Assembly: GCA_964575955.1 (NCBI GenBank)
Contig: CAZNTG010000006.1
Location: 320,001 to 384,000 of the forward strand
Origin: an uncultured Thermoproteaceae archaeon
GTDB lineage: Archaea; Thermoproteota; Thermoprotei; Thermoproteales; Thermocladiaceae
Length of the DNA stretch: 64,000 nt
Direction: 5' to 3'
The notes beneath the pieces are model-generated. The model did no database searches. It was not told the DNA's origin and worked only from the letters and a program-made list of their open reading frames with translations. How positions within the stretch are numbered: the stretch's first letter is position 1; each line of letters starts with the position of its first letter. A program made the translations under genes and the position numbers. Shown here piece by piece: positions 9,317 through 20,084 of this stretch.

Positions 9317-9583
9317 TTATCTAACTGTTAATCTTCTTGCTTCTCTCTCAGTCTCTCTTAACATTAGTATGTCTCCTACTCTTACAGGTCCTTTAACGTT
9401 TCTTGTGATAACTCTACCCTTATCTCTACCTTCTAATATTCTAACTCTAACTATCGTTACTTCTCCAGCTATACCTGTCCTACCTAGTATCTGTATTACC
9501 TGTGCTGCAACAGCATCTTCATAAGGACTAAACTTGACTTCTTGTTGTTCAACTTGTTCAATATTTATCTCTTCACTACTCAT
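9317..9583 (-). CDS. rps28e: 30S ribosomal protein S28e
   Basis: [38 protein letters not shown]. Confidence 0.97.
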   Translation of the reverse strand: MSSEEINIEQVEQQEVKFSPYEDAVAAQVIQILGRTGIAGEVTIVRVRILEGRDKGRVITRNVKGPVRVGDILMLRETEREARRLTVR

Positions 9584-9635
9584 ACAATGTCTATGATTTT
9601 AAGAAGGGTTATTAAGGATTTGTATTTTTAGAAAA

Positions 9636-10130
9636 CTACTTCTTTCTAGCTGCCTTTTTAGCAGCAGCTTTTTCAGGTGCTCCTGCTGCTGGTGTTATTG
9701 GGTTAAGTCCTGCCTTTACTCTAATCTCATTTATCTTCTCAATTAGCTGTTCTAGATCTTGTGCTGCCTGTCCTGGATCTATAACGCATGCTGATGCTGC
9801 CTGTGTTTCTATTCCAGCAGCTTTTCCAAGTCTCTCCTTACTTGGAACATATACATATGGTACACCTCTCTCTTCACATAGTAGTGGTAGATGTGCTACA
9901 ATTTCAGGTGGATCAACATCCTCTGCTATCAATACGAGCTTTGCAAGTCCTCTCTCTATAGCTTTCGTAGTCTCATTAGTACCTTTCTTAATCTTACCTG
10001 TCTGTCGAGCTATTGAAAGTATTTCATAAGCTTTTTCAGCTATTTCAGGAGGTACAGCAAATCTTACATAAAATGGCTTTCCAGGTGGTGGATTTGCATA
10101 GAATGTCTTTGGATCTATCGTTAGTGACAT
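9636..10130 (-). CDS. rpl7ae: 50S ribosomal protein L7Ae
   Basis: [29 protein letters not shown]; Thermoproteales-type N-terminus. Confidence 0.98.
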   Translation of the reverse strand: MSLTIDPKTFYANPPPGKPFYVRFAVPPEIAEKAYEILSIARQTGKIKKGTNETTKAIERGLAKLVLIAEDVDPPEIVAHLPLLCEERGVPYVYVPSKERLGKAAGIETQAASACVIDPGQAAQDLEQLIEKINEIRVKAGLNPITPAAGAPEKAAAKKAARKK

Positions 10131-10185
10131 ACCTTATCAAGCATGTAGTGTCTATTTAAAAATACTTCTACATAAGATAGATAGC

Positions 10186-10818
10186 TTGACAAAACTTAGA
10201 ACACTAATCAGGAAAATCATAATCTCAATAATAGGACATATCTTAAACTACATACTAATATCTAGAAAAGTTATCAAGATTAAAGTATATAAGTACAACT
10301 TCATAATACTACCAAAAGTATTTAGACCAGATATATCATATTCAACATACATACTAACACTAGAATCCTTAAAATATTTAAAAGATAGAAAATTTATAAA
10401 AATTGCAGACATATGCACAGGAAGTGGTATTATAGGCATACTCATATCTAAAATATTTAGAAAGTATGTAATACTTGTAGATATATCTAAAAATGCTATA
10501 AAGAATTGTATACTCAATATTAGAATTCTAAATGTTAACAATCTTGTAGATGTAGTAATTTCAGACTCTTGTAAAGCCTTTAGACTAAAATCTCTAGACT
10601 TTGTAATTATAAATCCTCCATATCTCCCATGTAGTGGAAGTGTTGAAATATGTTATAGAGACTTGAGAGAGTTTATAAGTATGTTGAAATATTGTAGATA
10701 TATTTCTAAATTTGGAATATTATGCACTACATCATCATTATCGGAATATTCATATGGTAAAGTTGTCAATTATGTAAAGACACCTATAGACACTATATAC
10801 GTCATGTTTCTAGTCTAG
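10186..10818 (+). CDS. SAM-dependent methyltransferase, HemK-like
   Basis: DICTGSGIIG and NPPY motifs. Confidence 0.8.
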   Translation: MTKLRTLIRKIIISIIGHILNYILISRKVIKIKVYKYNFIILPKVFRPDISYSTYILTLESLKYLKDRKFIKIADICTGSGIIGILISKIFRKYVILVDISKNAIKNCILNIRILNVNNLVDVVISDSCKAFRLKSLDFVIINPPYLPCSGSVEICYRDLREFISMLKYCRYISKFGILCTTSSLSEYSYGKVVNYVKTPIDTIYVMFLV

Positions 10819-10875
10819 ATTTTTGATAGATGTGAAAAGGTTATAATTCATTAGATAGACCATAATTAAGGATAG

Positions 10876-11484
10876 ATGAGTGCTGTTGAAGACTTCATAA
10901 GATCTGAAATTGAGGGAAAGATCTTGAAGATTCTTAAAGAAATTGAAGAACTTCATGAAGAGATAGTTGAAGATTGGTCTTCCAAAATTGGTGTATCTAA
11001 ACCGAACATAGTTGTAACTCTTGAAGAAGTTAATGAATGTTCTAGTCCATATGTATGTATTCAGGATAGTGATAACTATTGTAAAGTTATTACTGGTGAT
11101 TACATACCTGACACTAAGACTATAGTACTATACTACAGATCTAACATAGACTCACTACTACACCTATTTCTACATCATGTATATGCATCACAGATAGGTT
11201 TTGATAAGTATAGACAGATTAAGTATATTGAAACTATTAGATTACCCTGGAGTCTCAGACCTACAGAGATAAGAATATTAGCAATGACTAAGAAGATGTA
11301 TAATGTACTCGTTACTCAGAGAACAGGTAAGATATGGACAGACTATATCAAGACTAGGATTAGAATGTTAGATGAGGAAATTCAAAAAGTTTCAAGTACT
11401 GTAAGAAGCTTTGCATCATCAGTAATGCCTAGTGTACATATGAGACAACTAGCTTATAAAGTCTCTAGAGAAGATAAGACTTAG
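10876..11484 (+). CDS. Hypothetical protein, zincin-like with degenerate HExxH
   Basis: GDYIPDTKTIVLY..LLHLFLHHVY...PWSLRPTE. Confidence 0.5.
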   Translation: MSAVEDFIRSEIEGKILKILKEIEELHEEIVEDWSSKIGVSKPNIVVTLEEVNECSSPYVCIQDSDNYCKVITGDYIPDTKTIVLYYRSNIDSLLHLFLHHVYASQIGFDKYRQIKYIETIRLPWSLRPTEIRILAMTKKMYNVLVTQRTGKIWTDYIKTRIRMLDEEIQKVSSTVRSFASSVMPSVHMRQLAYKVSREDKT

Positions 11485-11492
11485 TCTACGAA

Positions 11493-11540
11493 GTGATGAA
11501 TAGATGGGCCACTGATAGATGAAGAATTGGCGGTCTCTGA
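11493..11540 (+). ncRNA. C/D box sRNA
   Basis: GTGATGA-atagatgggcca-CTGA-tag-ATGAAGA-attggcggtct-CTGA; D box overlaps ATG of next gene. Confidence 0.85.
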
Positions 11541-13306
11541 TGTATAGATTACCAACACTTAGAGAGAGAATTAAAGCTATAAGATGTGCATTAGGTAATG
11601 AGAAGCCTGATATAGTATTGAGAAATTGTAGACTCATAAACGTGCTTACAGGAGAGATTGAAGATGTAGATATTGCAATATGCGGAAGATTAATATGTAG
11701 AGTTGGTGATTGTTCTGATATTCTAGATAAAGCTAAGAAGATATTAGACATAGGTAGAAAATATGTATGTCCAGGACTCATAGATGCTCATGTACATATT
11801 GAGAGTAGTATGGTTACACCAAGCATATTTAGTAAGTATGCAATAATGCATGGAGTAACGACAGTATTTGCTGATCCTCATGAGATAGGTAATGTTCTCG
11901 GTATTGAAGGTATTAGAGAATTTATGAAAGAAAGTTCTAAATGTCCAATTAAGATATTTTTAACAGTTCCTTCATGCATACCTGCAACAAAAATAAAACT
12001 TGAAACAAATCCAAACATATTAACTGTTGAAGATATTGAAAAATTATTGAAAGATGATTGGAGTATAGCGTTAGGAGAAGTTATGGATATTGGATCTATA
12101 ATTAATGCAGATCCAGACATATTGAAGGAGATAGAACTTTCATATAGTATGAAGATGAGAGTATGTGGTCATGCACCAAAGCTTAGGGGTAGAGAGTTAT
12201 GTGCATATATATCTTCAGGACCTGACTCAGATCATGAAATTACAGAAGTTGAAGAAGCGTTAGAGAAGTTGAGAAGAGGTATGTACATAATGATTAGATA
12301 TGGAACATTTTCAAAAGATTTAGAAAAGATTATTGATAAAATTCCAAAATTTGCAATTTCTAGAACAATGATAGTTAGCGATGATATTAATATTATAGAG
12401 CTTAGAGAAGGCTATCTAGATAGAGCTATTAGAACTGCAGTAAAGAGAGGTCTAGATTCTGTATCAATAATCAGAATGTGTACACTAACACCAGCAGAAT
12501 ACTATGGTCTAGATTGGGCTATTGGATGTATAGCTCCTGGAAGATTAGCAGACATCTTAATATTGAGAGATTTAGAGAATTTTGATATAGATACTGTAAT
12601 AAGTGAAGGAGATATCGTATATAGAGATTGTAAGTTAGTTATAGAATTTCCATACCATATATATCCACCACACTTCAAGACAACTGTAAAGATTCCAGAT
12701 TTAGATCCTGAAGATTTAATATTGAAGTTTGAGAAAAAGTATACTATGTGTAAGTTAAATGTCATAGAATTTACAAAAGATTCTATAATTACTAAATGGA
12801 GAGTTGATGAATTTAAAATACATGATGGATATATAGAACTTCCAGAGACATACTATCACATAGCCGTAGTTGAAAGACATGGAAAGTCTGGTAATATTGG
12901 TAGAGGTGTCTGTTGTGGTATTGATCTTAAAGACTATACTATAGGATTAACAATTAGTCATGATAGTCATAATTTAACTGTTGTTGGTAAAGATTGTAGA
13001 GATATGTATATTGCTGTTAAGGAGTTAGAGAAGATAGGTGGTGGTATTGTACTTGTTAAAGATAGACAGGTAGTTGAGGAAGTACCATTACCAATTGCTG
13101 GTCTTATGTCAGATAGTGAAGAGTGTGTTGATAGGATGATTAGACTTCTCTCTAAAATATCTGAAGATGTGTATCTTGGATTGAGACATATTGCACCTCT
13201 CATGTTTGCTTCATTAGTTGTTATTCCTGATATTAGAATTACAGATAAGGGTCTTGTAGATGTTAGAAATATGCGAATAATATCTCCAATAGTTGAACTA
13301 TACTGA
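11540..13306 (+). CDS. ade: Adenine deaminase
   Basis: PGLIDAHVHIESSM, DPHEIGNVLG, GHAP, SDHE, SHDSHN; start moved to ATG 11540 because ATG 11519 is the sRNA C' box. Confidence 0.93.
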   Translation: MYRLPTLRERIKAIRCALGNEKPDIVLRNCRLINVLTGEIEDVDIAICGRLICRVGDCSDILDKAKKILDIGRKYVCPGLIDAHVHIESSMVTPSIFSKYAIMHGVTTVFADPHEIGNVLGIEGIREFMKESSKCPIKIFLTVPSCIPATKIKLETNPNILTVEDIEKLLKDDWSIALGEVMDIGSIINADPDILKEIELSYSMKMRVCGHAPKLRGRELCAYISSGPDSDHEITEVEEALEKLRRGMYIMIRYGTFSKDLEKIIDKIPKFAISRTMIVSDDINIIELREGYLDRAIRTAVKRGLDSVSIIRMCTLTPAEYYGLDWAIGCIAPGRLADILILRDLENFDIDTVISEGDIVYRDCKLVIEFPYHIYPPHFKTTVKIPDLDPEDLILKFEKKYTMCKLNVIEFTKDSIITKWRVDEFKIHDGYIELPETYYHIAVVERHGKSGNIGRGVCCGIDLKDYTIGLTISHDSHNLTVVGKDCRDMYIAVKELEKIGGGIVLVKDRQVVEEVPLPIAGLMSDSEECVDRMIRLLSKISEDVYLGLRHIAPLMFASLVVIPDIRITDKGLVDVRNMRIISPIVELY

Positions 13307-13308
13307 CA

Positions 13309-15747
13309 TCAAGAGCATATGTATACTCTAGCTTCATTATCAATTAATTCACAATTATCTCCTCTAGGTTCACCAATCTTTACATCTCTAACCTTGTGCA
13401 TTATCTTTATTTCATAAGTTATTGGTTCTAACTTCTCATCAACATATAGTTCTACATCAAGACTTTGTGCAAGACTCATACCTCTCCTATTCTTATATAC
13501 CCATACTGCTCTATTCGTCTTTATAAATGGCTCAAGCATTATTATATACTTTCTATCAAATTCTATAGGTAGTTTATCTTCAATTATCTGTCTATGAACT
13601 GACTCATTGTATAGTTTTCTCCATATGTAGTCTGTTATAAATGGCATTATTGGTGCTAATAGTTTCGTGATTGTCCTTAATACTGTGTGAAGTGTGAACC
13701 ATGCACCTCTCTGTTCAAGTTCTGAGAATTGTCTATCTCTATTATATGCACGTGCCTTAACAGCTTCAATGTAGTGATCAGCAAATATATGCCATGTGAA
13801 GTCGTACAGTATGTGAGCTGGTTCATACACATCAAATTTTGAATATGCTTCAACACACTTCTTCAATACTTCTTCAAGTTTTGCAAGTATCATCATGTCT
13901 AGTGGTGTTAGTTTATAGTTATCTTCTACATTTGGAAATTGTGATATAAATCTTGCAATATTCCATAACTTAATAACAAAACTATGACCTGTCTCTATTA
14001 ACTGTGGTATATACCTATAGTCACTTCCTAGCTTAGCTGCTGCAGCAGCCCAAAATCTAACAGCATCTGCACCATATTTCTCGACTGGTGGTATTGGGTC
14101 AATTATGTTTCCTTTAGATTTATGCATAGCTTCACCTTTCTCATCTAATCCCATTCCTGATATTCTGACATATCTAAATGGTGGTTTTCCATATAGTAGA
14201 TATGCTCTGAGTACTGAGTAGTATAGCCATGTTCTAATTATGTCATATCCCTGTGGTCTAATTATTGAATGTGGATATACTTTCTCAAATACTCTAATCT
14301 CAGGTTTTGTATATCCAGAAGCATACATCCAAGATATCGATGAGTCAAACCATGTATCTAATACTCTATCCTCACCTACAAGTTTACCATCTCTACATTT
14401 CTCTCTAACTTCAGGTGGTGGTTCATCTTTCCAAGGTCTATAATACTTTCCAGGATTTGGTAATACTACTTCTCTCTTACCTGTCTTCTCATCAATACAA
14501 TACCATATCGGTATCTCTGTTGCATAGTATCTACGTCTAGATATTGGCCAATCGAATTCTAGAGACTTTATCCAATCTATCAAAATTTTCTTATAATCCT
14601 CAGGATAGAACTCCATCTCATTTTCAACAATTTTAATTAACTCATCCTTAAATTCTAACTGCTTTAAGAAGAATTCTCTAGTAACTATAATTTCTACAGG
14701 CGTCTTACATCTCCAACACACAGGAACGTTGTGTATTATCTTCTCCTGCTTTGTAAGTAGTTCTCTACTCTTCAACTCTTCAATTATTGCTTTTCTAGCA
14801 TCTCTAATATACATACCTCTAAACTTTCCAGCATATTCATTCATTCTTCCTGATTCATCAATTACGATTCTTATTGGAAGTTTTAGTTCATTAACTATTG
14901 CTAAATCTCTAACATCACCGAAAGTACATATCATTACTAGTCCTGTACCAAATTCAGGTTTTGCTGCTGGATGCTCTAGTATTGGTACTCTATGTCCAAA
15001 TATTGGAACTATTGCATGTTTATCTTTTAGATGTTTATATCTTGAATCTTGTGGATTATATATTACTGCTACACATGCAGGTAGTAGTTCTGGTCTTGTT
15101 GTAGCAATTACAATATCTTCGCCTGTCTCTTCAACTCTAAACTTAATATAGTTCAATGTTGTAGATTCTTCAACATACTCTATCTCAGCTTCTGCAAGTG
15201 CTGTTTTACATCTTGGACACCATAATGTGGGTCTTTCAGCCTCATATATCAATCCACGATTCCACAATTCTATGAATGTCTTTTGAGTTATTGTACGATA
15301 TTCTTCACTGTCAGTACCATTTTTCCAATATGTGAATGAGAGACCCCATCTCTCTAATATTTCTAAATTCTCTTTCTCATATTTATCTAACAATTCTCTA
15401 CATAGCTCAATAAATTTCTCTCTAGGTATTTCATGCATAGTTATGTTATACATCTTCTCAACCTGAACTTCTACAGGTAGTCCATTTCTATCTGTGTAGA
15501 ATGGAAATATCACATTATATCCTCTCATTCTGAAGAATCTGGCAATCATGTCTATCTGTGCGTAGTGTGCAACACCTCCAATATGCATTCTACCACTCAT
15601 GTATGGTGGTGGTGTATCTATGACTATTGTTTTTCTATTTGGATCAATCTCAATCTTGTATAGATTTTCTTCTTTCCAAATTTTCAATAGTTCAACTTCT
15701 TTAGATATATCCCACCTCTTCTCAACTAGCTTTGGCTTAAATGACAT
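13309..15747 (-). CDS. valS: Valyl-tRNA synthetase
   Basis: DTPPPYMSGRMHIG, ATTRPE, GTGLVMICTFGD, DTWFDSS, AMHKSKGN. Confidence 0.95.
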   Translation of the reverse strand: MSFKPKLVEKRWDISKEVELLKIWKEENLYKIEIDPNRKTIVIDTPPPYMSGRMHIGGVAHYAQIDMIARFFRMRGYNVIFPFYTDRNGLPVEVQVEKMYNITMHEIPREKFIELCRELLDKYEKENLEILERWGLSFTYWKNGTDSEEYRTITQKTFIELWNRGLIYEAERPTLWCPRCKTALAEAEIEYVEESTTLNYIKFRVEETGEDIVIATTRPELLPACVAVIYNPQDSRYKHLKDKHAIVPIFGHRVPILEHPAAKPEFGTGLVMICTFGDVRDLAIVNELKLPIRIVIDESGRMNEYAGKFRGMYIRDARKAIIEELKSRELLTKQEKIIHNVPVCWRCKTPVEIIVTREFFLKQLEFKDELIKIVENEMEFYPEDYKKILIDWIKSLEFDWPISRRRYYATEIPIWYCIDEKTGKREVVLPNPGKYYRPWKDEPPPEVREKCRDGKLVGEDRVLDTWFDSSISWMYASGYTKPEIRVFEKVYPHSIIRPQGYDIIRTWLYYSVLRAYLLYGKPPFRYVRISGMGLDEKGEAMHKSKGNIIDPIPPVEKYGADAVRFWAAAAAKLGSDYRYIPQLIETGHSFVIKLWNIARFISQFPNVEDNYKLTPLDMMILAKLEEVLKKCVEAYSKFDVYEPAHILYDFTWHIFADHYIEAVKARAYNRDRQFSELEQRGAWFTLHTVLRTITKLLAPIMPFITDYIWRKLYNESVHRQIIEDKLPIEFDRKYIIMLEPFIKTNRAVWVYKNRRGMSLAQSLDVELYVDEKLEPITYEIKIMHKVRDVKIGEPRGDNCELIDNEARVYICS

Positions 15748-15840
15748 CTATAGAGATGTAGATTGGCAGTGTTTAAATAAATATGTTCTATTAGTGACAA
15801 AACTAATAAGTCTGAATACAATTCTCAATTAAGGCAACAG

Positions 15841-16179
15841 ATGAAACTTATAATAGCAATAGTGAGACCAGAAAAGCTACCACAGATAATGAAGGCATTG
15901 CAGGATAATGGAATACAACCATTAACAGTGTTTGAAGTACGTGGTCGTGGTGAGCAGGGTGGTCTACTCTTATCACATGGACCAATACAGTACCATATGG
16001 AACTTCTACCTAAAGTTAGGATTGAGATTGCAGTTCCTGATAACATGGTTGAGAAGGTTGTTAATATAATTCAGAAGGTTGCATGGACTGGAAAGCCTGG
16101 TGATGGTAAGATATTCATACTGACTTTAGAAGATGCTATCAGAATTAGAACAGGAGAGAGAGGTGAGAAAGCACTATAA
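15841..16179 (+). CDS. P-II nitrogen regulatory family protein (GlnB/GlnK)
   Basis: MKLIIAIVRPEK, GRGEQ, LLPK, TGKPGDGKIF, IRIRTGERG. Confidence 0.95.
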   Translation: MKLIIAIVRPEKLPQIMKALQDNGIQPLTVFEVRGRGEQGGLLLSHGPIQYHMELLPKVRIEIAVPDNMVEKVVNIIQKVAWTGKPGDGKIFILTLEDAIRIRTGERGEKAL

Positions 16180-16760
16180 TGTCTAAAATCTTCGATAAAT
16201 TGAAAACTTATTTGAAAACTGCAGAGGCATTACCACAATTAAGGAGATACATAACTCTAGGAATGTTTGATGGTATAGTTGTAGCACTTGCAGCTATAAT
16301 AGCTGTAGATATTAGAAATATGTCAACAACAGTATTATGGACATCAGGAATTAGCAGTCTACTTGGAGTTTCATTAGCATCTGCATGGAATACTATACAG
16401 GCAGAACTTCTAGAAAGATCAAGTGAGATTAGAAAGATGGAGAGAGTTATGTTAAGATCCTTGAAAGGTACTATACTTGAGAAAGCTCATAAAGTAAGTA
16501 TAGCTATATGCACAATAGCACATTCAATATCTCCATTAACAGGTCTTCTACTAATACTACTATACACATCTATGAGGAGTATATTTCCAAAAATTTCACT
16601 ATTAATAACAATTCTATGTGGTAGTGCTGTACTAGGGATGTTAGGATTAATGTATAGAAAAGAGCTTAAAAGAAGAGACTTAGTAAAGCTATGCCTATTA
16701 ATGTCTTCTGTAGCTGTTGGTCTTGTAATTATCATATCTATAGTACTTGGCTCATCGTGA
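16179..16760 (+). CDS. VIT1/CCC1-like (TIGR00267-type) membrane protein
   Basis: RRYITLGMFDG motif, AELLER..MERVMLRSLKGT, about 5 TM helices; TAATG coupling to P-II. Confidence 0.7.
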   Translation: MSKIFDKLKTYLKTAEALPQLRRYITLGMFDGIVVALAAIIAVDIRNMSTTVLWTSGISSLLGVSLASAWNTIQAELLERSSEIRKMERVMLRSLKGTILEKAHKVSIAICTIAHSISPLTGLLLILLYTSMRSIFPKISLLITILCGSAVLGMLGLMYRKELKRRDLVKLCLLMSSVAVGLVIIISIVLGSS

Positions 16761-19148
16761 ATATTTGAAATATATTTCAAAGTTTGGTTTTCTCCATGCA
16801 GAGTCTAGATATTTAACATCTATATCTGCAATAATCTTCTCACCATTTTCAATAACTAGTCTAGGCTCATCAATAACTCTACCAATTATGCTATGTGGCA
16901 CATCTCTCAATATATCTAAAACTTTTGAAATATTTTCTTCAGGTACTTCAACTATAAATCTAGTATTAGATTCTGAAAATAGTACATAGTCAGGTCTAAA
17001 TGGGCCTTCATATGGTATTCTTCCAACATCAATTTCAACTCCAAGTCTACCAGCTATGACCATCTCAGCTAATGTTACTGCTATACCTCCACTAGACACG
17101 TCATGACATGAGACTACTAATTCTCTATCTATCAACTCTACAACCTTGTCAATAATCTTCTTTGCATACTCCTTATATATCTTGGGTACTGATGTACCGA
17201 GTACTCCTCTAAGAGCATAATATTCACTACCACCAAGTTCTTTTCTTGTTAAACCAATAACTACTATATAGTTACCACTCTTCTTCAAATCTACTGTTAC
17301 AACCTTTCTAACATCTGGAATTATGCCTACTGCTGTTATGAGTAGTGTAGGTGTTACAGGTCCTAGTGGAGATTCATTATATAGGCTATCTTTACCTGAT
17401 ATGAATGGTGTTTCAAAGTATTTAGCATATTCATAACATGCTTTTACAGCTTCTAAAAGATCCCATACACGGTCTGGTTTTTCTGGACTTCCCCATGTGA
17501 AGTTGTCTAGAAGTGCAATTCTTCTACCACCAACAGCTACATTATTTCTAATAGCTTCATCAATACTACTAGCAGTCATCCAATATGTACTAATCTTACC
17601 ATATCTAGGCTTAATTCCAACACTTATAACTAATCCTCTCCATGAGTGTGGTAGTGGTTTTATAACTACACCATCACTATGTGCTCCATACCATCCATGT
17701 AGTGGCTTTACAACAGTTCTACCACCAACCTCAAAGTCGTATCTTCTTACAACATCTTCTCTAGAACATATGTTTGGACTTGATAGTAAGTCTAGTATAG
17801 TTCTCTCATAATCTTCAGGTTCTTCAATTTCAGGTTCTTCAATAACTACCTCTCTCTTCTCAGCATATCTAATACAGGTAGGTGGATTGAATAGAAATTT
17901 CAAATCTAATGAACATACTATATACTTACCATAGTAGACCTCTACCTTACCACTACTTACCAATCTACCAACAATTGAAAATGGTAACTCTTCCTCTCTC
18001 AAAATTTCGATAATTCTATATATGTTTCTTGGTGGTGCTACAACTAGCATCCTTTCCTGACTTTCAGATAACCATATCTCCCATGGTTTTAATGTGAAAT
18101 CTCTAAGATGTAGTTTATGTAGCCAAACTACAGCACCTAAACCATATCTATTAGCTGTCTCACACACAGCACATGATAGACCACCACCACCTAGATCTGT
18201 AATTCCATGTGCAAGTTCTTCATCTCTAATTCTAATTATTGCTCTTCTTAAAGACTCTTCAACTACAGGATCTGGTATCTGTACAGCAGATCTATGAACT
18301 TCTTCACTCTCCTCAGTTAGTTCTGCAGATGCAAAGACAACACCATGAAGACCATCTCTACCAGTTCTATTTCCAATAACTAGTAAGTAGTCTCCCTCTC
18401 TTACCTTTCTAATATACTTATCTTTAGGTAAGATACCAACACAGCCACAATATACCACAACATTACCAACATAACCTTCATCAAAATATACAGCACCTGC
18501 AACTGTTGGAATACCCATATTATTTCCATAGTATGCTATTCCTGAAACTACACCACTATATATGAACTTTGGATGCTTAATACCTTTAGGTAATCTATCT
18601 TCAGGATAGTTTAATGGTCCAAAACCTAGAACATCTATCAATGCTATTGGCTCAGCCCAAACACCTAAAACATCACGAATAACACCACCAACACCCGTAG
18701 CTGCACCTCCAAATGGCTCTATCGCTGATGGATGATTATGTGTTTCTACCTTTACCGCAATTGCATATTCTTCATCAAATTCTACAATTCCAGCATTATC
18801 TTCAAAAGCTGAAATTACCCAACTAGGCTTAAGTTCATCTAAAACTTTCATTATATAATTCTTCAATATATTCCTAATCTCACTACCATCTGGAAGTTTT
18901 ATAATTCCTTTAAAAGTCTTATGATAACAATGTTCACTCCATACTTGAGCTATTGTTTGTAATTCTACATCTGTAGGATTTCTACCAACTTTTTCAAAAT
19001 ATTTTTTAACAAACCTTAGCTCTTCTAAACTCAATCCAAGACCTAAAATCTTATTTATACATTCTAAATCTTGATCTGTACTATTTAAAATATCTACTTC
19101 ATATACCTCAACTTCAGGATATAGTTTTTTAAAATATTTTAAAGCCAT
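16752..19148 (-). CDS. purL: Phosphoribosylformylglycinamidine synthase subunit PurL
   Basis: WSEHCYHK, ETHNHPSAIEPFGGAATGVGG, DLGGGG, SESQERM, ISGKDS. Confidence 0.96.
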   Translation of the reverse strand: MALKYFKKLYPEVEVYEVDILNSTDQDLECINKILGLGLSLEELRFVKKYFEKVGRNPTDVELQTIAQVWSEHCYHKTFKGIIKLPDGSEIRNILKNYIMKVLDELKPSWVISAFEDNAGIVEFDEEYAIAVKVETHNHPSAIEPFGGAATGVGGVIRDVLGVWAEPIALIDVLGFGPLNYPEDRLPKGIKHPKFIYSGVVSGIAYYGNNMGIPTVAGAVYFDEGYVGNVVVYCGCVGILPKDKYIRKVREGDYLLVIGNRTGRDGLHGVVFASAELTEESEEVHRSAVQIPDPVVEESLRRAIIRIRDEELAHGITDLGGGGLSCAVCETANRYGLGAVVWLHKLHLRDFTLKPWEIWLSESQERMLVVAPPRNIYRIIEILREEELPFSIVGRLVSSGKVEVYYGKYIVCSLDLKFLFNPPTCIRYAEKREVVIEEPEIEEPEDYERTILDLLSSPNICSREDVVRRYDFEVGGRTVVKPLHGWYGAHSDGVVIKPLPHSWRGLVISVGIKPRYGKISTYWMTASSIDEAIRNNVAVGGRRIALLDNFTWGSPEKPDRVWDLLEAVKACYEYAKYFETPFISGKDSLYNESPLGPVTPTLLITAVGIIPDVRKVVTVDLKKSGNYIVVIGLTRKELGGSEYYALRGVLGTSVPKIYKEYAKKIIDKVVELIDRELVVSCHDVSSGGIAVTLAEMVIAGRLGVEIDVGRIPYEGPFRPDYVLFSESNTRFIVEVPEENISKVLDILRDVPHSIIGRVIDEPRLVIENGEKIIADIDVKYLDSAWRKPNFEIYFKYSR

Positions 19149-19913
19149 CTACTTTCTTCTACGTCTCTGTTCGTATGGTATTATCTGTGGACATCTTCTA
19201 CCAGTACATCTTGCAGCTATATGACCAACCTTCTGTCCTGGAGGTGCATTCTTTGCTACTGGTGGACTACCTGTTGGGTGATGACCACCTCCATGTGGAT
19301 GTGCATATGGGCTCATTGCTTTACCTCTAACTGTTGGATATTTCCATGCTTTTGCTTTAGCTCTATGGTACTTCTTTCCAGCTTTAACGTAGGGTTTTTC
19401 AACTCTACCTCCACCAGCTACGATTCCTATTGTTGCTCTAGCTCTACAGTCAACTTCTACTGTCTTACCACTTGGAAGTTGTAGTACTGTCTTACCTTCA
19501 TCAAGTTTATGTGATAGAACTACAGCATATGTACCTCCTGCTCTTGCAAACTTACCACCATCTCCAAGTCTCTTCTCAACATTGCAAACCATGGTTCCTT
19601 CAGGTATCTTGTATAGTGGTAGTACATTTCCTGTAGCTACTCTAGCCTCTGAACCAATCTCAATCATCTGACCAACATACATTCCCTCTACAGCATACAT
19701 CAACATCTCTCTACCATCTTCAAGTGCTACACGTGCAACAGGTGCATTAAGTCCAGGAACATGCATCAATTCCTTAACAATACCCCTAATGACACCATTC
19801 ATCTGAATATCATCAGGTGGTACATACTTCACAGGTCCTGGCCTCTTCCAGCTAGGACTTATGAATGTTGGTCCTGCCTTTCCTCTACGCTGTACAAGTA
19901 TTCGTTTACCCAT
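19149..19913 (-). CDS. rpl2: 50S ribosomal protein L2
   Basis: MGKRILVQRRG, DGGKFARAGG, VRGKAMSPYAHPHGGG. Confidence 0.98.
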   Translation of the reverse strand: MGKRILVQRRGKAGPTFISPSWKRPGPVKYVPPDDIQMNGVIRGIVKELMHVPGLNAPVARVALEDGREMLMYAVEGMYVGQMIEIGSEARVATGNVLPLYKIPEGTMVCNVEKRLGDGGKFARAGGTYAVVLSHKLDEGKTVLQLPSGKTVEVDCRARATIGIVAGGGRVEKPYVKAGKKYHRAKAKAWKYPTVRGKAMSPYAHPHGGGHHPTGSPPVAKNAPPGQKVGHIAARCTGRRCPQIIPYEQRRRRK

Positions 19914-19962
19914 CTAGTCTCGTACTGGTTGATTTGACAGATCTTATAAACATTGTTTTGTG

Positions 19963-20010
19963 TCAGCTTAGCCCAGCTCTTCACTATTCAGACCTCACAA
20001 GCATCATCAC
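19963..20010 (-). ncRNA. C/D box sRNA
   Basis: Minus strand: GTGATGA-tgcttgtgaggt-CTGA-ata-GTGAAGA-gctgggctaag-CTGA; between rpl2 and polB. Confidence 0.85.
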
Positions 20011-20058
20011 TAGACTATTACTTTACATATCCTTGTCTAGTCTAGGATTTTAATATCC

Positions 20059-20066
20059 TTTAAATC
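20059..20066 (+). promoter_or_regulatory. Probable TATA box of polB1
   Basis: TTTAAATC about 20-25 nt upstream of ATG 20085. Confidence 0.45.
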
Positions 20067-20084
20067 TATACACTCCAGTAGGAG

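Noticed and set aside
11519-11539. ORF-track start of adenine deaminase
   Set aside because: This ATG is the C' box of the sRNA; ATG 11540 fits better
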